From Eledone cirrhosa (taxonomy: Eukaryota): a DNA stretch of 64,000 nucleotides. Shown here piece after piece: positions 40,063 to 53,340 of this stretch (position 1 is the first letter of the stretch; the number at the start of each line of letters is the position of its first letter). A program made the position numbers and the translations under genes. The notes below the pieces were generated by a model. It made no database searches. It had not been told where the DNA came from and saw only the letters and a list, made by a program, of their open reading frames with translations. The DNA lies in contig OZ024740.1 of the NCBI GenBank assembly GCA_964016885.1, positions 260,276,001 through 260,340,000 on the forward strand, given 5' to 3'.

Positions 40063-40640
40063 TAGAATTTGAACAGAACCCCCCCCCCCCCCCCCCCTCA
40101 AAACATAACGATGGAATGAAGAGTTTGTTAGTTCGATTTTTTGACCTGCTCTGTGCTGAATTTTGGTGTTGTTTTCTCAAGGCACCAGTAGCACATACAC
40201 CCACATATATATATTATATTTTTCTTGTCCGCCTATTATAGGTAAATTGGTCTGAGTATATACTCACTCGTATGTAAATAGAATAATCTTTCAGTGAATT
40301 ATTGATTAAACATGAGTAGGTCCACATTTATTTATATTTAATAGTGTCTCCATTAATTAATTGAATCTTAAAGAGACGGGCTTCCTCATCCGTTAACTTA
40401 GTTTACTTAATCTGGGAAATAAATAGCTGAGTTTAAATTCCATTAATTATCTCCTTTTCACCATTCCACATTAACATGTTGTAAGCACATTATGGCGAGA
40501 AGCAGAATTCCAAAATTTAACAAAAACCTGGAAAGAAAAGTTTCAGCTTATATTCTATTGGCTCCTTTTATGTTGAGTATTCTGAGATCTCCTATGTAAA
40601 AAGTGGTTTATGTGATTAATCATTAAGATAGATTTTTTAT

Positions 40641-40767
40641 ATCATTCTGAAGAGGAGAATTGCAATCTGAGACTCATTTAGTTTTTTTTTATAACAAAAA
40701 CAATTATCTTTCAAACAACATTTGAATGAGTCGAAGTCGCAATTCACCTGAAATATTCATAAGGGAT
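40641..40767 (+). ncRNA. Hammerhead-like motif with a ~95-nt extended stem II
   Basis: ATCATT-CTGAAGA-gg.gaattgc..gactcattta...tgaatgagtc..gcaattc.cct-GAAA-TATTCA-TA-AGGGAT. Confidence 0.55.
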
Positions 40768-41640
40768 TAAAAACTATTTTTTGATGAAATACGATTGCAT
40801 TTCCTTTAATACTTTTGAATGTGCATGATCTGCTTATTCCTAAATGCATCAGACTTTTTTCACGCTTAAACCTCTATCTTCTCTTAACTTCTATTTGCAT
40901 GATATAAGCATAGAGCTATTGCTCTCTGAAGCTGACAAATACACTCTATAAGTCTATCTTTCTATTCTCCTTCTAGAACTGATTTTATAGTTCTACATTT
41001 GATATATATATATCGACAGTCGATCAACTTTTGTTCAATCAGACCGAGGAAACAATGTTTCCATTGGTCTTTCTAATTGCTAATACTATCTATCGGTTGC
41101 AACTCCAGGTAGATGGAGCAACGTGAAATAAAGTGTCTTGCTCAAGGGTATAACGCATCACCTGGTCCGGGAATCGAACTCACAACCTCACGATTGTGAA
41201 TTCAATTCTCTAACCACTCAGCCACACGCCTCCACTAATATATATATATATATATACACATACATACAATCACACTCACACACACATACACACACATATA
41301 TATGAGGCTATAGTGTATAGTGTAGTATTTCACAATTTTCTTTGGTAAGTTGAGATAAGCTCAATGCACTTTACCGTCCTCTATCTCTCTGGAGTAAAGA
41401 CTAGATGATTAAGATATTGGTAGTTAAAATATCCTGCTGTTAAGGGTGGTTCAGGTAGCAGAACATTTAAAATTAAAATTGTAAGAAAGTCAAGGATAAG
41501 AAATGAACATTTATTCTTACGTGTCTATGAGAAGAGTCAAAACGCATACAGCTTTTAAGCAGGCATTTTGAAAAAAAGCTGTATACATTTTGATTCTTCT
41601 CGCTATCTTGTTATTGTCATCATTATTTTCTGCTTTGAAT

Positions 41641-41762
41641 ATTTCCTGAAGAGATACGGTTGGGATAAAGCACCCATAATGGAGATAATTATTGAATAAT
41701 AATCTCCAGTTGCTCTGCAACTGGATGTGACATTCTTGTCATAATGAAATGTTCGTAGAGAT
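41641..41762 (+). ncRNA. Hammerhead-like motif with a ~93-nt multi-hairpin stem II
   Basis: ATTTC-CTGAAGA-...-GAAA-TGTTCG-TA-GAGAT. Internal hairpins are ggagat/atctcc, ccagttgc/gcaactgg and tgaca/tgtca. Confidence 0.55.
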
Positions 41763-42716
41763 GTATGAATACATGATAATTATTTATCTTTGACTTTCTT
41801 ACAATTTTAAATATATACATTGGTATCTGGTGGTGTGTACTGTAAGGAATTACTTAAATTAATGGATAATCAATGCTTATAAAGTTTCTGGTGGTTGCTG
41901 AAAGTAATATAATCAGCTTAGAATTGTAGAAAAAGATAACTTAACAGTATTTATTAATATTTTTGGAATATTAGAGGTTATATTAAGGCTGTATGGAGTA
42001 TTAAACCAAGAAATTTTCTTTTACATGTGCTATTTTTTATTATTGAGATTTGCACCTAGAAAGTGCCCCTCCGAAGCACAAGTCTGGATAAGTTGTTTCT
42101 GGAAGATCAGCAGTCGCCCATGCATAACTGCCTCCCTTCTCCACGTCACCGATGTTGTCCTAGGGAACTGCAATGGCCAATACAGCGTAGCATCAGTGAT
42201 GTTGTAACTCATTTCTACAGCTGAATGAACTGGAGCAATGTGAAATAAAGTGCTTTGCTCAAGAATGCAATGCAAAGCTCGTTCGAAGAATCAAACTCAC
42301 AACCAGCTGTATAGAAAAATGCAGGGCGCTCGAGGTTGTAGGATGACCTGAAAGTGGAAGAACTAGGAAGACATGGGATGTAACAATGAAGGCTGACCTG
42401 GCTCAACTGAACCTCCCAATGGAGATGACACAGGACCGAGATATATGACGCTACAATGTATGACAAAAAACCCAAGCCAACAACCCAAACCAGTGCACAA
42501 CAGGACCAGCCAAATTAAGGTTCTGATGTGAGCAAGGTAAAGCGCAGCCAACTGGCCAGATCCTGCTCATAATGGTGCCACCCAGTTACACACAGTAAAC
42601 ATGGTTGATGTTAGGAAGGGCATCCAGCAGCCATAAAAACCCAGCCAACACACAGTCTTGATAAGTGCAAGGTATGGTGTGCCCATCTGGCCAGACTTGT
42701 CTTCTTACAGGACCAT

Positions 42717-42797
42717 CCAGTAACATGGTTCCACCCAGTAACATGGTTCCACCCAGTAACATGGTTCCACCCAGTAACATGGTTCCACCCAGTAACA
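42717..42797. repeat. 18-bp tandem repeat, about 4.5 copies
   Basis: Unit ccagtaacatggttccac. Confidence 0.95.
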
Positions 42798-42897
42798 TAG
42801 ACACAATGCAAGCAACAGTTGATGGCAGGCCCACAAGAGATTTATCATGGTCACCCAGTGTGAGGCCCCAACATTTGATGGCAAGCCCACAAGAGAT

Positions 42898-43817
42898 TTA
42901 AATAATGTGGTGCTCCAGCATGGTCAGTCTGACTGAAGACAGCATAATAATATGGTACTCCAACATGGCCACAGTCTAATGACTGAAGACAGTTTAATAA
43001 TGTGGTACCCCAGCAAGGCCACAGTCTAATGACCGAAGACAGTTTAATAATGTGGTACCCCAGCAAGGCCACAGTCTAATGACTGAAGACAGTTTAATAA
43101 TGTGGTACCCCAGCAAGGCCACAGTCTAATGACCGAAGACAGTTTAATAATGTGGTACCCCAGCAAGGCCACAGTCTAATGACCGAAGACAGTTTAATAA
43201 TGTGGTACCCCAGCAAGGCCACAGTCTAATGACTGAAGACAGTTTAATAATGTGGTACCCCAGCAAGGCCACAGTCTAATGACCGAAGACAGTTTAATAA
43301 TGTGGTACCCCAGCAAGGCCACAGTCTAATGACCGAAGACAGTTTAATAATGTGGTACCCCAGCAAGGCCACAGTCTAATGACTGAAGACAGTTTAATAA
43401 TGTGGTACCCCAGCAAGGCCACAGTCTAATGACTGAAGACAGTTTAATAATGTGGTACCCCAGCAAGGCCACAGTCTAATGACTGAAGACTATAATAATG
43501 TGGTACCCCAGCAAGGCCACAGTCTAATGACTGAAGACAGTTTAATAATGTGGTACCCCAGCTAGGCCACAGTCTAATGACTGAAGACTATAATAATGTG
43601 GTACCCCAGCAAGGCCACAGTCTAATGACTGAAGACTATAATAATGTGGTACCCCAGCAAGGCCACAGTCTAATGACTGAAGACTATAATAATGTGGTAC
43701 CCCAGCAAGGCCACAGTCTAATGACTGAAGACTATAATAATGTGGTACCCCAGCAAGGCCACAGTCTAATGACTGAAGACTATAATAATGTGGTATCCCA
43801 ACATGGCTACAGTCTAA
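42898..43817. repeat. 50/48-bp minisatellite, about 18 copies
   Basis: Unit cagtttaataatgtggtaccccagcaaggccacagtctaatgac(t/c)gaaga, switching to a 48-bp ctataataat variant in the 3' part. Confidence 0.97.
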
Positions 43818-43905
43818 CCCTAGGGCTCCACAAGAGGTCACTAGGGGTTCAGGGAGAAACTGATAAATAAATTAAAAGAGATAAATTAATACGAGATAGA
43901 TTAAT

Positions 43906-44277
43906 AATTGTTTCTACTTTTGGCACAAGGCCAGCAATTACCCAGTTCATTACTGGTACTTTATTTTATCGACCCCGTAAGGATGAAAGGCAAAGTTGAC
44001 CTCGGCAGGATTTGAACTCAGATCATAAAGGGCCGTAACTCTGCTGGAAAGCATGTCCGACCCTCTACTGATACTGCCAATTCACCGAGAGATAGATTAA
44101 TAATTGTTTCTACTTTTGGCACAAGGCCAGCAAATACCCAGTACATTACTGGTACTTTATTTTATCGACCCCGTAAGGATGAAAGGCAAAGTTGACCTTG
44201 GCGGGATTTGAACTCAGAATGGAAAGAGCCGTAACTCTATGCGTCAAAGCATGATGTCCGACCCTCTACCGATACTA
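43906..44277 (-). mobile_element. Two tandem SINE A copies
   Basis: Both are preceded by gagatagattaataattgtttc (target duplication). Confidence 0.9.
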
Positions 44278-44636
44278 ATATTGGTATATAGTAATATATA
44301 TGTAGGGGTTCCACAAGGGTAAAAAGGTTGAGAAACAATGGTTTAATGACTGAAGCAAGTAAAAAGAAAAGAATAAAAGAATGTATGTGTGTGTAATGTA
44401 TGTATGATGTGAGTGTGTGAGTTTGTCTCTGATGTTTGTGTGTATGATGTGTGAGTGTGTGTGTGTGTGTGTGTAGGAGTGTTAAGGAATGTCTATAAAA
44501 ATACCAGCAACAAGTGCAAGCAAACAAAAGCTGGTGTTAGGGTGACTTGACCTTTCATTTTAGCCAACCAACCACCATGTCCTCTCATACCTTGTTTATT
44601 GCTGTGTCATAGTTGGATTAGCAAGATTCTCTGTCT

Positions 44637-44734
44637 CAGGCATGGGCAACCCTTTTCAGGCAGTGGTCCACATAGGACATGGCTCCTCATACTAAAAAAA
44701 TAAAGCCAAACAGGCTACAGTTTGCCCATGACTG
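44637..44734. mobile_element. 98-bp hAT-type MITE
   Basis: TIRs CAGGCATGGGCAAC / GTTTGCCCATGACTG. Imperfect 8-bp TSD ctctgtct/ctctatgt. Confidence 0.6.
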
Positions 44735-44738
44735 CTCT

Positions 44739-45270
44739 ATGTGTTCTCACAATGTGCTAGAAATAGAAGCTACATTTCTCTCATTCCATGCAATAGCCTT
44801 GGTAAAGGAAGGGAGACGCTGTGTTTTCACAATGTGCTAGAAATAGAAGCTACATTTCTCTCATTCCATGCAATAGCCTTGGTAAAGAAAGGGAGACGCT
44901 GTGTTTTCACAATGTGCTAGAAATAGCAGCTACATTTCTCTCATTCCATGCAATAGCCTTGGTAAAGGAAGGGAGACGCTGTGTTTTCACAATGTGCTAG
45001 AAATAGAAGCTACATTTCTCTCATTCCATGCAATAGCCTTGGTAAAGGAAGGGAGACGCTGTGTTTTCACAATGTGCTAGAAATAGCAGCTACATTTCTC
45101 TCATTCCATGTAATAGCCTTGGTAAAGAAAGGGAGACGCTGTGTTTTCACAATGTGCTAGAAATAGAAGCTACATTTCTCTCATTCCATACAAGGGTTTT
45201 GATAAAGTAAGAGAGGCTCTATTTCCTCTCACAATGTTCTAGAAATAGCAGCCACATTTCTCTCATTACA
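44739..45270. repeat. 80-bp tandem repeat, about 6.5 copies
   Basis: Unit ctgtgttttcacaatgtgctagaaatag(a/c)agctacatttctctcattccatgcaatagccttggtaaag(g/a)aagggagacg. A dispersed relative lies at 47335-47450. Confidence 0.95.
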
Positions 45271-46137
45271 CATTAAAACTAAGGGAAGAAGGGAATACAC
45301 TGGCAAATGTAGTCCTGGGTCCATCCATCCATATCCAGTTTTGGTCTTTAGGGTGCTGCGGGTGTCCTGGACAATAGTTATGAGTGCAGCATGAGTATGA
45401 TTATGGCTGGACTGTCTTTGGTCAAAGCTGACCCAGGGCTAAACAACAACATAATTTGATATTGATACATTCTTTTTTTATTTCACAGACACGACACCGT
45501 CCTTCATACACACAACACCAGCCCTTCGCACACACAACACCACCCCTTCATACACATACACCACCCCTTCATACACACAACACCACCCCTTCATACACAC
45601 AACACCAGCCCTTCATACACACAACACCACCCCTTCTTACACACACACCACCCCTCCATACACACAACACCACCCCTTCATACACACACACCTCCCCTTC
45701 ATACACACACACACCACCCCTTCTTACACACAACACCACCCCTTCAGACACACACATACAATACAGTCATACATACACGCAGTCACAGACTCATACCCCT
45801 TCCCCCACATCATCCTTATCCTCATTACTGTTTTATGTTGTTTACCATACTGTCATGGGTTACTCTTGGGTCCCAAATAATAGGAGGAGGAGGGGGGGGG
45901 GTGCATTTGCTTAAATTCTTATAAGCAGGGGAGGGGATGGTAATTGTATAGTGTAATGTTCTTTTTTTGTGATGTATAATGTTTTTTAATGTAAAATAAA
46001 ATAATTATTATATTCTCCAGCTACTGTATCAATATGAATCACTTACAATAAAATTTTCTGGAGATAAATTAGTAAAATTTAATAATTTTGTTGGAATAAA
46101 AGCAGAGGAAAGGGGAAGGGGGTCGAGTTGAAACATT

Positions 46138-46317
46138 AATTGTTTCTACTTTAGGCACAAGGCCAGCAAATTACCCAGTGCATTACTGGTACTTTATTTT
46201 ATCGACCCCGTAAGGATGCAAGGCAAAGTCAACCTCGGCGGGATTCGAACTCAGATCGTAAAGGGACGTAACTATGCTGGAAAGCATGGTGTCCGACCCT
46301 CTACCGATACTGCCAAT
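46138..46317 (-). mobile_element. SINE A with a 13-bp TSD
   Basis: ttgaaacattaat on both sides. Confidence 0.9.
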
Positions 46318-46880
46318 TGAAACATTAATAAGAGTAGATGAGATTTGAGGTTTTCATGTCTTGAGACCAGACAGATTAGGAGACCTCACCTTGCTTGTAT
46401 ATTTTATTTGGGCATAGCTCCTGCAGCTGAATGCCCTTCCTAATATCAACCTCTTTGCAGAGTGTGTTAGGTGCATTTTATCATGACACCATCACTACCT
46501 CTTTACAGAGTGTACTAGGTACATTATATCATTGCACCAGCACTACCACTTTACAGAGTTTACTGGGTGCATTTTATTATGGCTCCAGCATGACTTTACA
46601 GCTGGTACTGGGTGTATTTTATTGTGGAAACAGGACTATTACCTTACAGAGTGTACTGGATGTATTTTATTATGGGACCAGTACTGTCATTTACATATAC
46701 ATACAATAACCTCCACACATACACATACACTGCTATCCTCCAGTATATGCATCAAACCAAGAGTGATTATATAGTTAATCTTCCCCCATTACAGGCTATC
46801 TCTCTTTCTCTCTGTATATATATATATATATATATATGTCCCAAGGCTTTGATACTATCAACACTATACACACCGACTAA

Positions 46881-46934
46881 CTGCCTGATGAGGTCATAGC
46901 CATTCAATGGCTATCATCAAAATATATATAGCAG
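46881..46934 (+). ncRNA. Hammerhead motif (G12A)
   Basis: CTGC-CTGATGA-ggtcATAGCCAT tca ATGGCTATcatc-AAAA-TATATA-TA-GCAG. Confidence 0.6.
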
Positions 46935-47036
46935 TAAATAAAGGATTATGAGTTCATGCAATTGACTTATGTTTCGTCACTATATATACATATATATATT
47001 TAAAAAAAATAGAGGTGTGACACACGAGTTGTGATA

Positions 47037-47214
47037 TATTAGTAAAAAGGAAAAGAAAATGCTGACAAATTTTTCCCAGTGAAAAATAGTTTAATTAGGA
47101 ATAAATATAAATTAGTAATAAGTATTGATTAGTATTCAGTTTATACTTATTCCTAATTAAACTATTTTTCACTGGGAAAAATTTGTCAGCATTTTCTTTT
47201 CCTTTTTACTAATA
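47037..47214. repeat. Palindrome with ~68-bp perfect outer arms and an imperfect centre
   Basis: tattagtaaaaaggaaaagaaaatgctgac... / ...gtcagcattttcttttcctttttactaata. Confidence 0.92.
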
Positions 47215-47694
47215 CATATATATATATACACTCTTTATAATATATATATATATATTATAAAGAGTCAAGACCCGACAGCTGAGCTCTTGCTGTTTCAACA
47301 GCTAGTTCCTGTCTTTATAAAGGAAGGGAAACTCCCTATGTGTTCTCACAATATGCTAGAAATAGCAGCTACATTTCTCTCATTACACAACAGTCTTGAT
47401 AAAAGAAGGGATGCTCACTGAGTGGTCTCACAATATGCTAGAAATAGATATAGACTGGTTATGATAATATTAACTAGAGTAATTAAACTCATTTACTGGT
47501 TGATTAAAATCTCAATGCAGTGAGGGTCATGCAGAAATACATTCACACTCATATCTACTGATTATATAGACCACACACACGCACACAGATAGAAATAGAT
47601 AAATAGATAGACATACACACACATATACACTCCTCCCACACCAACATTGACCACATAACTCTGAAGTTATGTAATTACATTCTGTTTAGGAATT

Positions 47695-47851
47695 TGACCG
47701 CAGCTAAAATATTGGGGTGACCGAGATTGACCATAGCTGAACTATAAGGTGTGACTGAGATTGACCATAGCTGAACTATAAGGTGTGACTGAGATTGACC
47801 ATAGTTGAACTATAAGGTGTGACTGAGATTGACCACAGCTGAAATATAAGG
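47695..47851. repeat. 34-bp tandem repeat, about 4.5 copies
   Basis: Unit gactgagattgaccatagctgaactataaggtgt. Confidence 0.9.
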
Positions 47852-48038
47852 GAATTTATTGTAACTGAAAAACATTGGATTTAAGCATAGCTGTAGAAGT
47901 AGGAGGAGGAGGAGAAGGAGGAGGGGGGCGGGGGGAGAGGGTTAAATATTGGCACATTTTATACCCAAATAAAGTGCATGTGTGTTTGTATGTGTGTATA
48001 TAAGTTTGTGTGTTTATATATGTATATAAGTGTGTGTT

Positions 48039-48071
<33 letters not shown>

Positions 48072-48149
48072 ATGTATGTCTATAAATATGTATGCATATA
48101 AATGTATGTATGTCTCTTTTTCATAATTCGAGTCTATTTTGACTAATCA

Positions 48150-50565
48150 TCTTCCCGGTGGCAAGGTTGTAAAGAAAAGGAACTTTTCATATCGTCCATT
48201 ATGGAATTGTTCAAACACCTTGTTTCAACAGAAATATAAATACAAAACAACCTGGATGCACCCAGGCTCAAAGTGGCACATGATTGATTGTTCTTGTTTG
48301 TGAAGTGTGTAGTGTCAGGCTTATGCAGGGAACTAAATATTGGACTGATCAAGAGCTGGGGAAGAGAATGAATGACATTCAATGTGATGAATCATGGGAA
48401 GTGTTCAAAACATCTGTGTTTAGTTGAAAGAAAACATCAAGACTGGTTTGAGGAGAATAACAAAGAGGTTCAGATGCTTTTTAATGAAAGGAACACAGTT
48501 CCAACAAAGGTGTTAGCTGGTGGACCAGAAATGAGTAAGAATGAAGACTTACTTGAGGGGGTGGACTGTAAAGTGCAGCATAGTCTTTGTAACATGCAAG
48601 ATAAGTAATGGAGGAATAAAGCAGAAGGGATTCAGTTGACCCTTGATTCCAACATTACTGTATAATTTGTTGTGTGGAAGTATATGGGCCGTTATCCTCT
48701 CTAGTTGCACCTCTTCGCACTCAGGACAGCAAATAATTGCTTAGGGATCCAAAGGATATTCTTGTCAGGTGGTGTGAACACTTTGACAGACTTTTAAACA
48801 GGCCCTCTGAGGTTGATGATGGATTTGTCGACACCGTTTCCTGCAGACCCACTAAAGATGTAATGGCAGAAATTTCTTCCCTAGAAGAAGTTCAAACTGC
48901 TGTGAAAAAGCTAAATAGTGGTACGTCACTGGATGGATGGACTCTGTGCTGAAATCTTCAAATGTGGAAGTGAAAATCTACTTTGCAGTCTAACTACCTT
49001 AAACCAAAATGCTTGGGTTGAAGAGACTGTCCCACATGACTGGAAAGATGCACTAATGGTGGTTCTGTATAAAGGCAAATGTGGAAGGGACGACTCTAGC
49101 AATTACCATAGGTTATCCATTCTGTCTGTTGTAGGATCACACTCGACAGGCTCCTTGACAACATCACTGATGAAATCCTTCCTGAATCTCAGTGTGGTTT
49201 TAGAAATAGTTGTTTCTACTTTTGGTACAAAGCCAACAATTACCTCAGTACATTACTGGTACTTTATTTTATCGACCCTGTAAGGATGAAAGGCAAAGTT
49301 AACCTCAGCAGGATTTGAACTCAAAATAGCAAGGGCCGTAACTCTATGCGTCAAAGCATAGCGTCCGACCCTCTACCGATACTGCCAATCCACTAGAAAT
49401 AGTAGGGGGACAACGGACATGATCTTTACGGTGAAACAACTGCAAGAGAAATGCATTGAGCAGAGGCTAGACATGTGTCAGGTGTTTATCAATCTGACAA
49501 AGGCTTTTCATACAGTCAATAGAATTATCCTGTGGAAGATTCTCAGGAAGCTCGGGTATCTTGATAAATTTGTCTCTGTACTGAGAAGTTTCCATTATGG
49601 AATGAAGGTAAGTGTTAATGAGGGTGGTAAGCTCTCTGATCATGTTGTGTTTGAAAATGGTGTTAAACAAGGAGACGTTCTGGCATCAACTCTGTGTTGT
49701 AATTTGCTACGGTTTTCTTGATGGCTTTTGAAGTTTGCTCACATGAGGTCTACATTAGATATTGAACAACAGGTAAAATGTTCAATGTCAGAAGGTTTGC
49801 TGATATGCGAATTCCTGTATGTTGACAACTGTGATCTTGTTACTCATTCTGAGAATGGCATGCAATATCTTCTGGATTCTTTTCCGAAAGCATGTAGTGC
49901 AGTGGGCCTAACAATCAGTCTGAAAAAGACTGTGGTGTTGTACCAACCTGCACCAGGCAAAGCTTAATCTACATCAAACATATATGTAGTGATCGCTTCC
50001 CTAGGCAGTTCCTGTATGGTGAGCTGGTCAAAGGTAAATGACCAGCACACAAAATTGAGGTACAGGAATTGCATTAAAAGCACACTGAGGAAGATGAGAA
50101 TGTCAGAGAATGCCTGGGAGAACTTCGCTCTAGATCGACATTCCTGGAAGAAGGCAGTGCATGATGGGAGGATAGAATTTGAAAGAAACCGTGTTGAACA
50201 TGAACAGCTGAAGTGGTGTGCGCGTAAGGACCTTGAGTTTGGTTTGTCTAAGAATCTTGGCATGCAGGTTGATTTAACCTGTAAAGAATGTGGCTGGTTA
50301 TGTCTAAGTAGAGCAGGCTTTGGAAATCATCGGAGAAGCCACATAAACGGGGACACTGACAACTGTGAATGTTATGGTATTTCTGTTTGTGGGGAGTGTG
50401 GAAAAAGGTGTGTCTCAGTTAGCGGACTGAAACGTCATTTGAAAGTGTGGCATAATAGGACTGTGACACATACTGCGAGAGGCTCCTATTGTTGTAACGT
50501 CTCTGCAAGAGTGTGCAAGTTCCTAATAGGGCTGAAAAGCCACGTCCGTGCTGCTCATTCTTAGG
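48150..50565 (+). mobile_element. Degenerate RTE (BovB-like) LINE with three C-terminal C2H2-like fingers, interrupted by a SINE A (49211-49393)
   Basis: RKHQDWFEEN, MIFTVKQLQEKCIEQ, GVKQGDVLA and LYVDNC motifs; C-terminal CKECGWLCLSRAGFGNHRRSH and related fingers. SINE TSD tagaaatagt at 49201 and 49394. Confidence 0.9.
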
Positions 50566-50909
50566 TATCAAACGACAGCATTACTTGAAACTGAGTTGCA
50601 GCTATCATATATGTATGTATTATGTATACATGTATGTATGCATGTGTGTATGTAAATATGTACATACACATGTATGTGAGTGTGTATATATATATGTGTG
50701 TATGTGTGTATGAATGTATGTATGTATGCATGTATGTAGATATGCATGTATGTATGTAGATATGTATGTATGTAAGTATGTATGTATGTATGAATATATG
50801 TATGCGTGTTTGATTGTAAGTATGGTTGTGTGTATGTATATATGTACATATGTATGTACGTATTTATGTACATACATATGTACATATATATGTGTGTATG
50901 TAAGTATGC

Positions 50910-53340
50910 CTCATAGGTAGATAGTACTGCGATGACATCTTTGGACAGCTGTTTATGACATGGGTGACATCATCAATCTTAATTCTGCAGAGTCTACACT
51001 TGTCATATCCAGGTGTTTTGCCTCCATCCCTATAATATTTCCTGGTTATGCGTTCCTTATTACAAAAACCATTATAGGATATGTTCTAATCTATCCCCAG
51101 GTATCTGTAGCAGTCCTCATCAGATATCGGTGAAACAGTTAGGCCATTGATAAAAATGTTGCTAGATTGGGTTGTAGTCTTTCCCTGCTTTACAGTCATA
51201 TATGAACATTTATCTTGGCCAAACTCCATTCCTTTATCCTTTGAGAATGTTGTAACCAGGTCAAGATTTTTCTTCATCCCATCTATGTTCTTGGCATAGA
51301 ATTTCAGATCATCCACAAAAAAATTATCGGTTAGGTTCGTATTTCTGTCCTCCTGTGAGCCAATGATGTATCCTTCACATTTCTTGAGCAGAAAGGACAA
51401 GGGGTTTAATGACAGGATAAATAATAGCACAGAAAGACTGTCTCCTTGAAATAAACCCCTGTGATATTCTATTTTATCAGTAAAAATAGAGTCCTCCTTC
51501 TCTGTTTTTAACTTTAGGATAGTAGCCTAAGAAGCCTCTCTATGGCTCTGATAATAATGTCTGGGACTTTAGCAAGTCAGAAGGCTTCTATCATCCAAGA
51601 ATAGGGAACAGAATCAAAAGCTTTCCTGAGGTCCAGCCAGACTGTAACCATATTCCTCCTAAGTTGTCGCACCTCCGACATCACAGTTTTGTTGATTAGA
51701 AGTTGTTCAGCACACCCCCAAACACCTTTCTTTCCAGCTGCTTGTTCATCTGTGATGATGTTATTATTTTCACAGTGATCTTGGAGGAATAGGTTCAGGC
51801 AGGCTGTATACATCTTATACATCAAGTTCTGGCATGCAATGGATTGGTAGTTTTTTGCCAAGTGGGTGTCTTTGTTCTTGGGGACCAGTATTGTTTGTGC
51901 TACTGTCAACCATTCTGGTATACATCCGATAGAATATCCATTTTTTATACCAGTAGCCGACAATCATGTCTCTTCCTGGTGTTTTCTTATCTTGGAGTTT
52001 TCCTATCACAGTCTCAAGGGTATCCTCATTTATTTCATGTTTTTGTTGTAGTGTAAGAGCAATAGTTCTTTTGGATTTCTTTTAGCCACACTGCATTTTG
52101 GTTGAAATTCGTCTTTTCACCCCACATTTTTCTCTAGAAGGAATCTGTCTTTCTGGGATGAGGCCTCAGTGACATTTATTACTTTGCCCTTCATATCTCT
52201 ATAGACTGATATTTGGTTTCGTCTGAATCTTTTATTAAGTACTTTTCTTTCACCTACCTTCTTCAGGTATCAAAGTTTCTCGCTGACACCTCTCAATTCT
52301 TGTTTGAGGATGATCAGCTTATATTGAAGAGTTTTGGTTGTACTGTCACCAAACATCGTTTCTATTTTATTTTTCACTCTTTGTTGGTGAGGAGTGAAGT
52401 TGTTTCGTTTTTGTTTGCAAGTAAGGAGCATTGTCACATATCCTATGGTTTTTCGTAGGTCAGCAATCTTTTTTTCTATTTTAGTAATATATGATGGTAT
52501 TTTTGGTGGTGTTCTGTTATTGTTAATATCTCTGCTATCACCAAGATAATGCTTCATTATCGTAGCTAGGGCATATAAACAGGCGTTGATTTGCCAAAAT
52601 GTGGGGGTTTTAATCTGTCGTAAATAATCATCCCCTATTTCGTCAATAGCATGTAATATTTCATTATTTAGTTTTAGTTTTTTAGTATTGTTGTTTTATT
52701 ACGTTCAGCAACAGAAAAGTTTATACATGAATTAATTTCTATCTGGAAGATTTCATTAAGGGAAAATTTCAATTGTTTATATTTTTTATTATTATTATCG
52801 GTAGTGTTTTCCACAACAGTCGAGGTAGACTCAAATGGTACACGTGTCTGACAGGCATAGTTGTTGATTCCATTTTTGTTGAGGGGGGGGGGGGGCTTAC
52901 AATTAATAATATTTATCTTATTTTTATGTTCAACAAACGTCGCTTGTTGGCGTAATTGTTTGGCTGTGAAGTGTTTTAGAATGGATCTATTTAGCCCCAG
53001 TGTAGCTTCATTCTGTTCATATAGCCAATGGAGGGAATTTTTTCTGCCATTAAATAAATCATCATTAAGTTCACAACTCCAAGAGAAATGTGATTTATAA
53101 TTTCGATTTCTTCTGTAGCTACAACTGAATAAATTTTGTTTACATTTCTCATTGATTTTCTCACTGGTTTTCTTCGGTAAATTGTTGTTGTTGATGCTGA
53201 GTCCATCCATGCTGTTTGTAGCAAATCCTTGTAAAATGAATTATGCATTTAGTCGGATATCTCTACAAATTCGAATAACAGTTGTCTTCAGTGAATATAG
53301 TTAGAAGAATATCCAGTTATTCAACATGACTGGTAGTTGT
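50910..53340 (-). mobile_element. R4/Dong-clade non-LTR element (N-terminal region + RT, 3' truncated)
   Basis: IPEWLT..TILVPK, NYQSIACQNLMYK, GCAEQLLIN, WLDLRKAFDSVPYSW, GLFQGDSLS, FVDDLKFYAK and YRYLGI. Confidence 0.88.

Noticed and set aside
46036-46070. 11-nt microexon (ccag|AAAATTTTATT|gtaagt), and a 6-nt one at about 53607
   Set aside because: Splice-like motifs of this length are expected by chance, and there is no supporting frame evidence.
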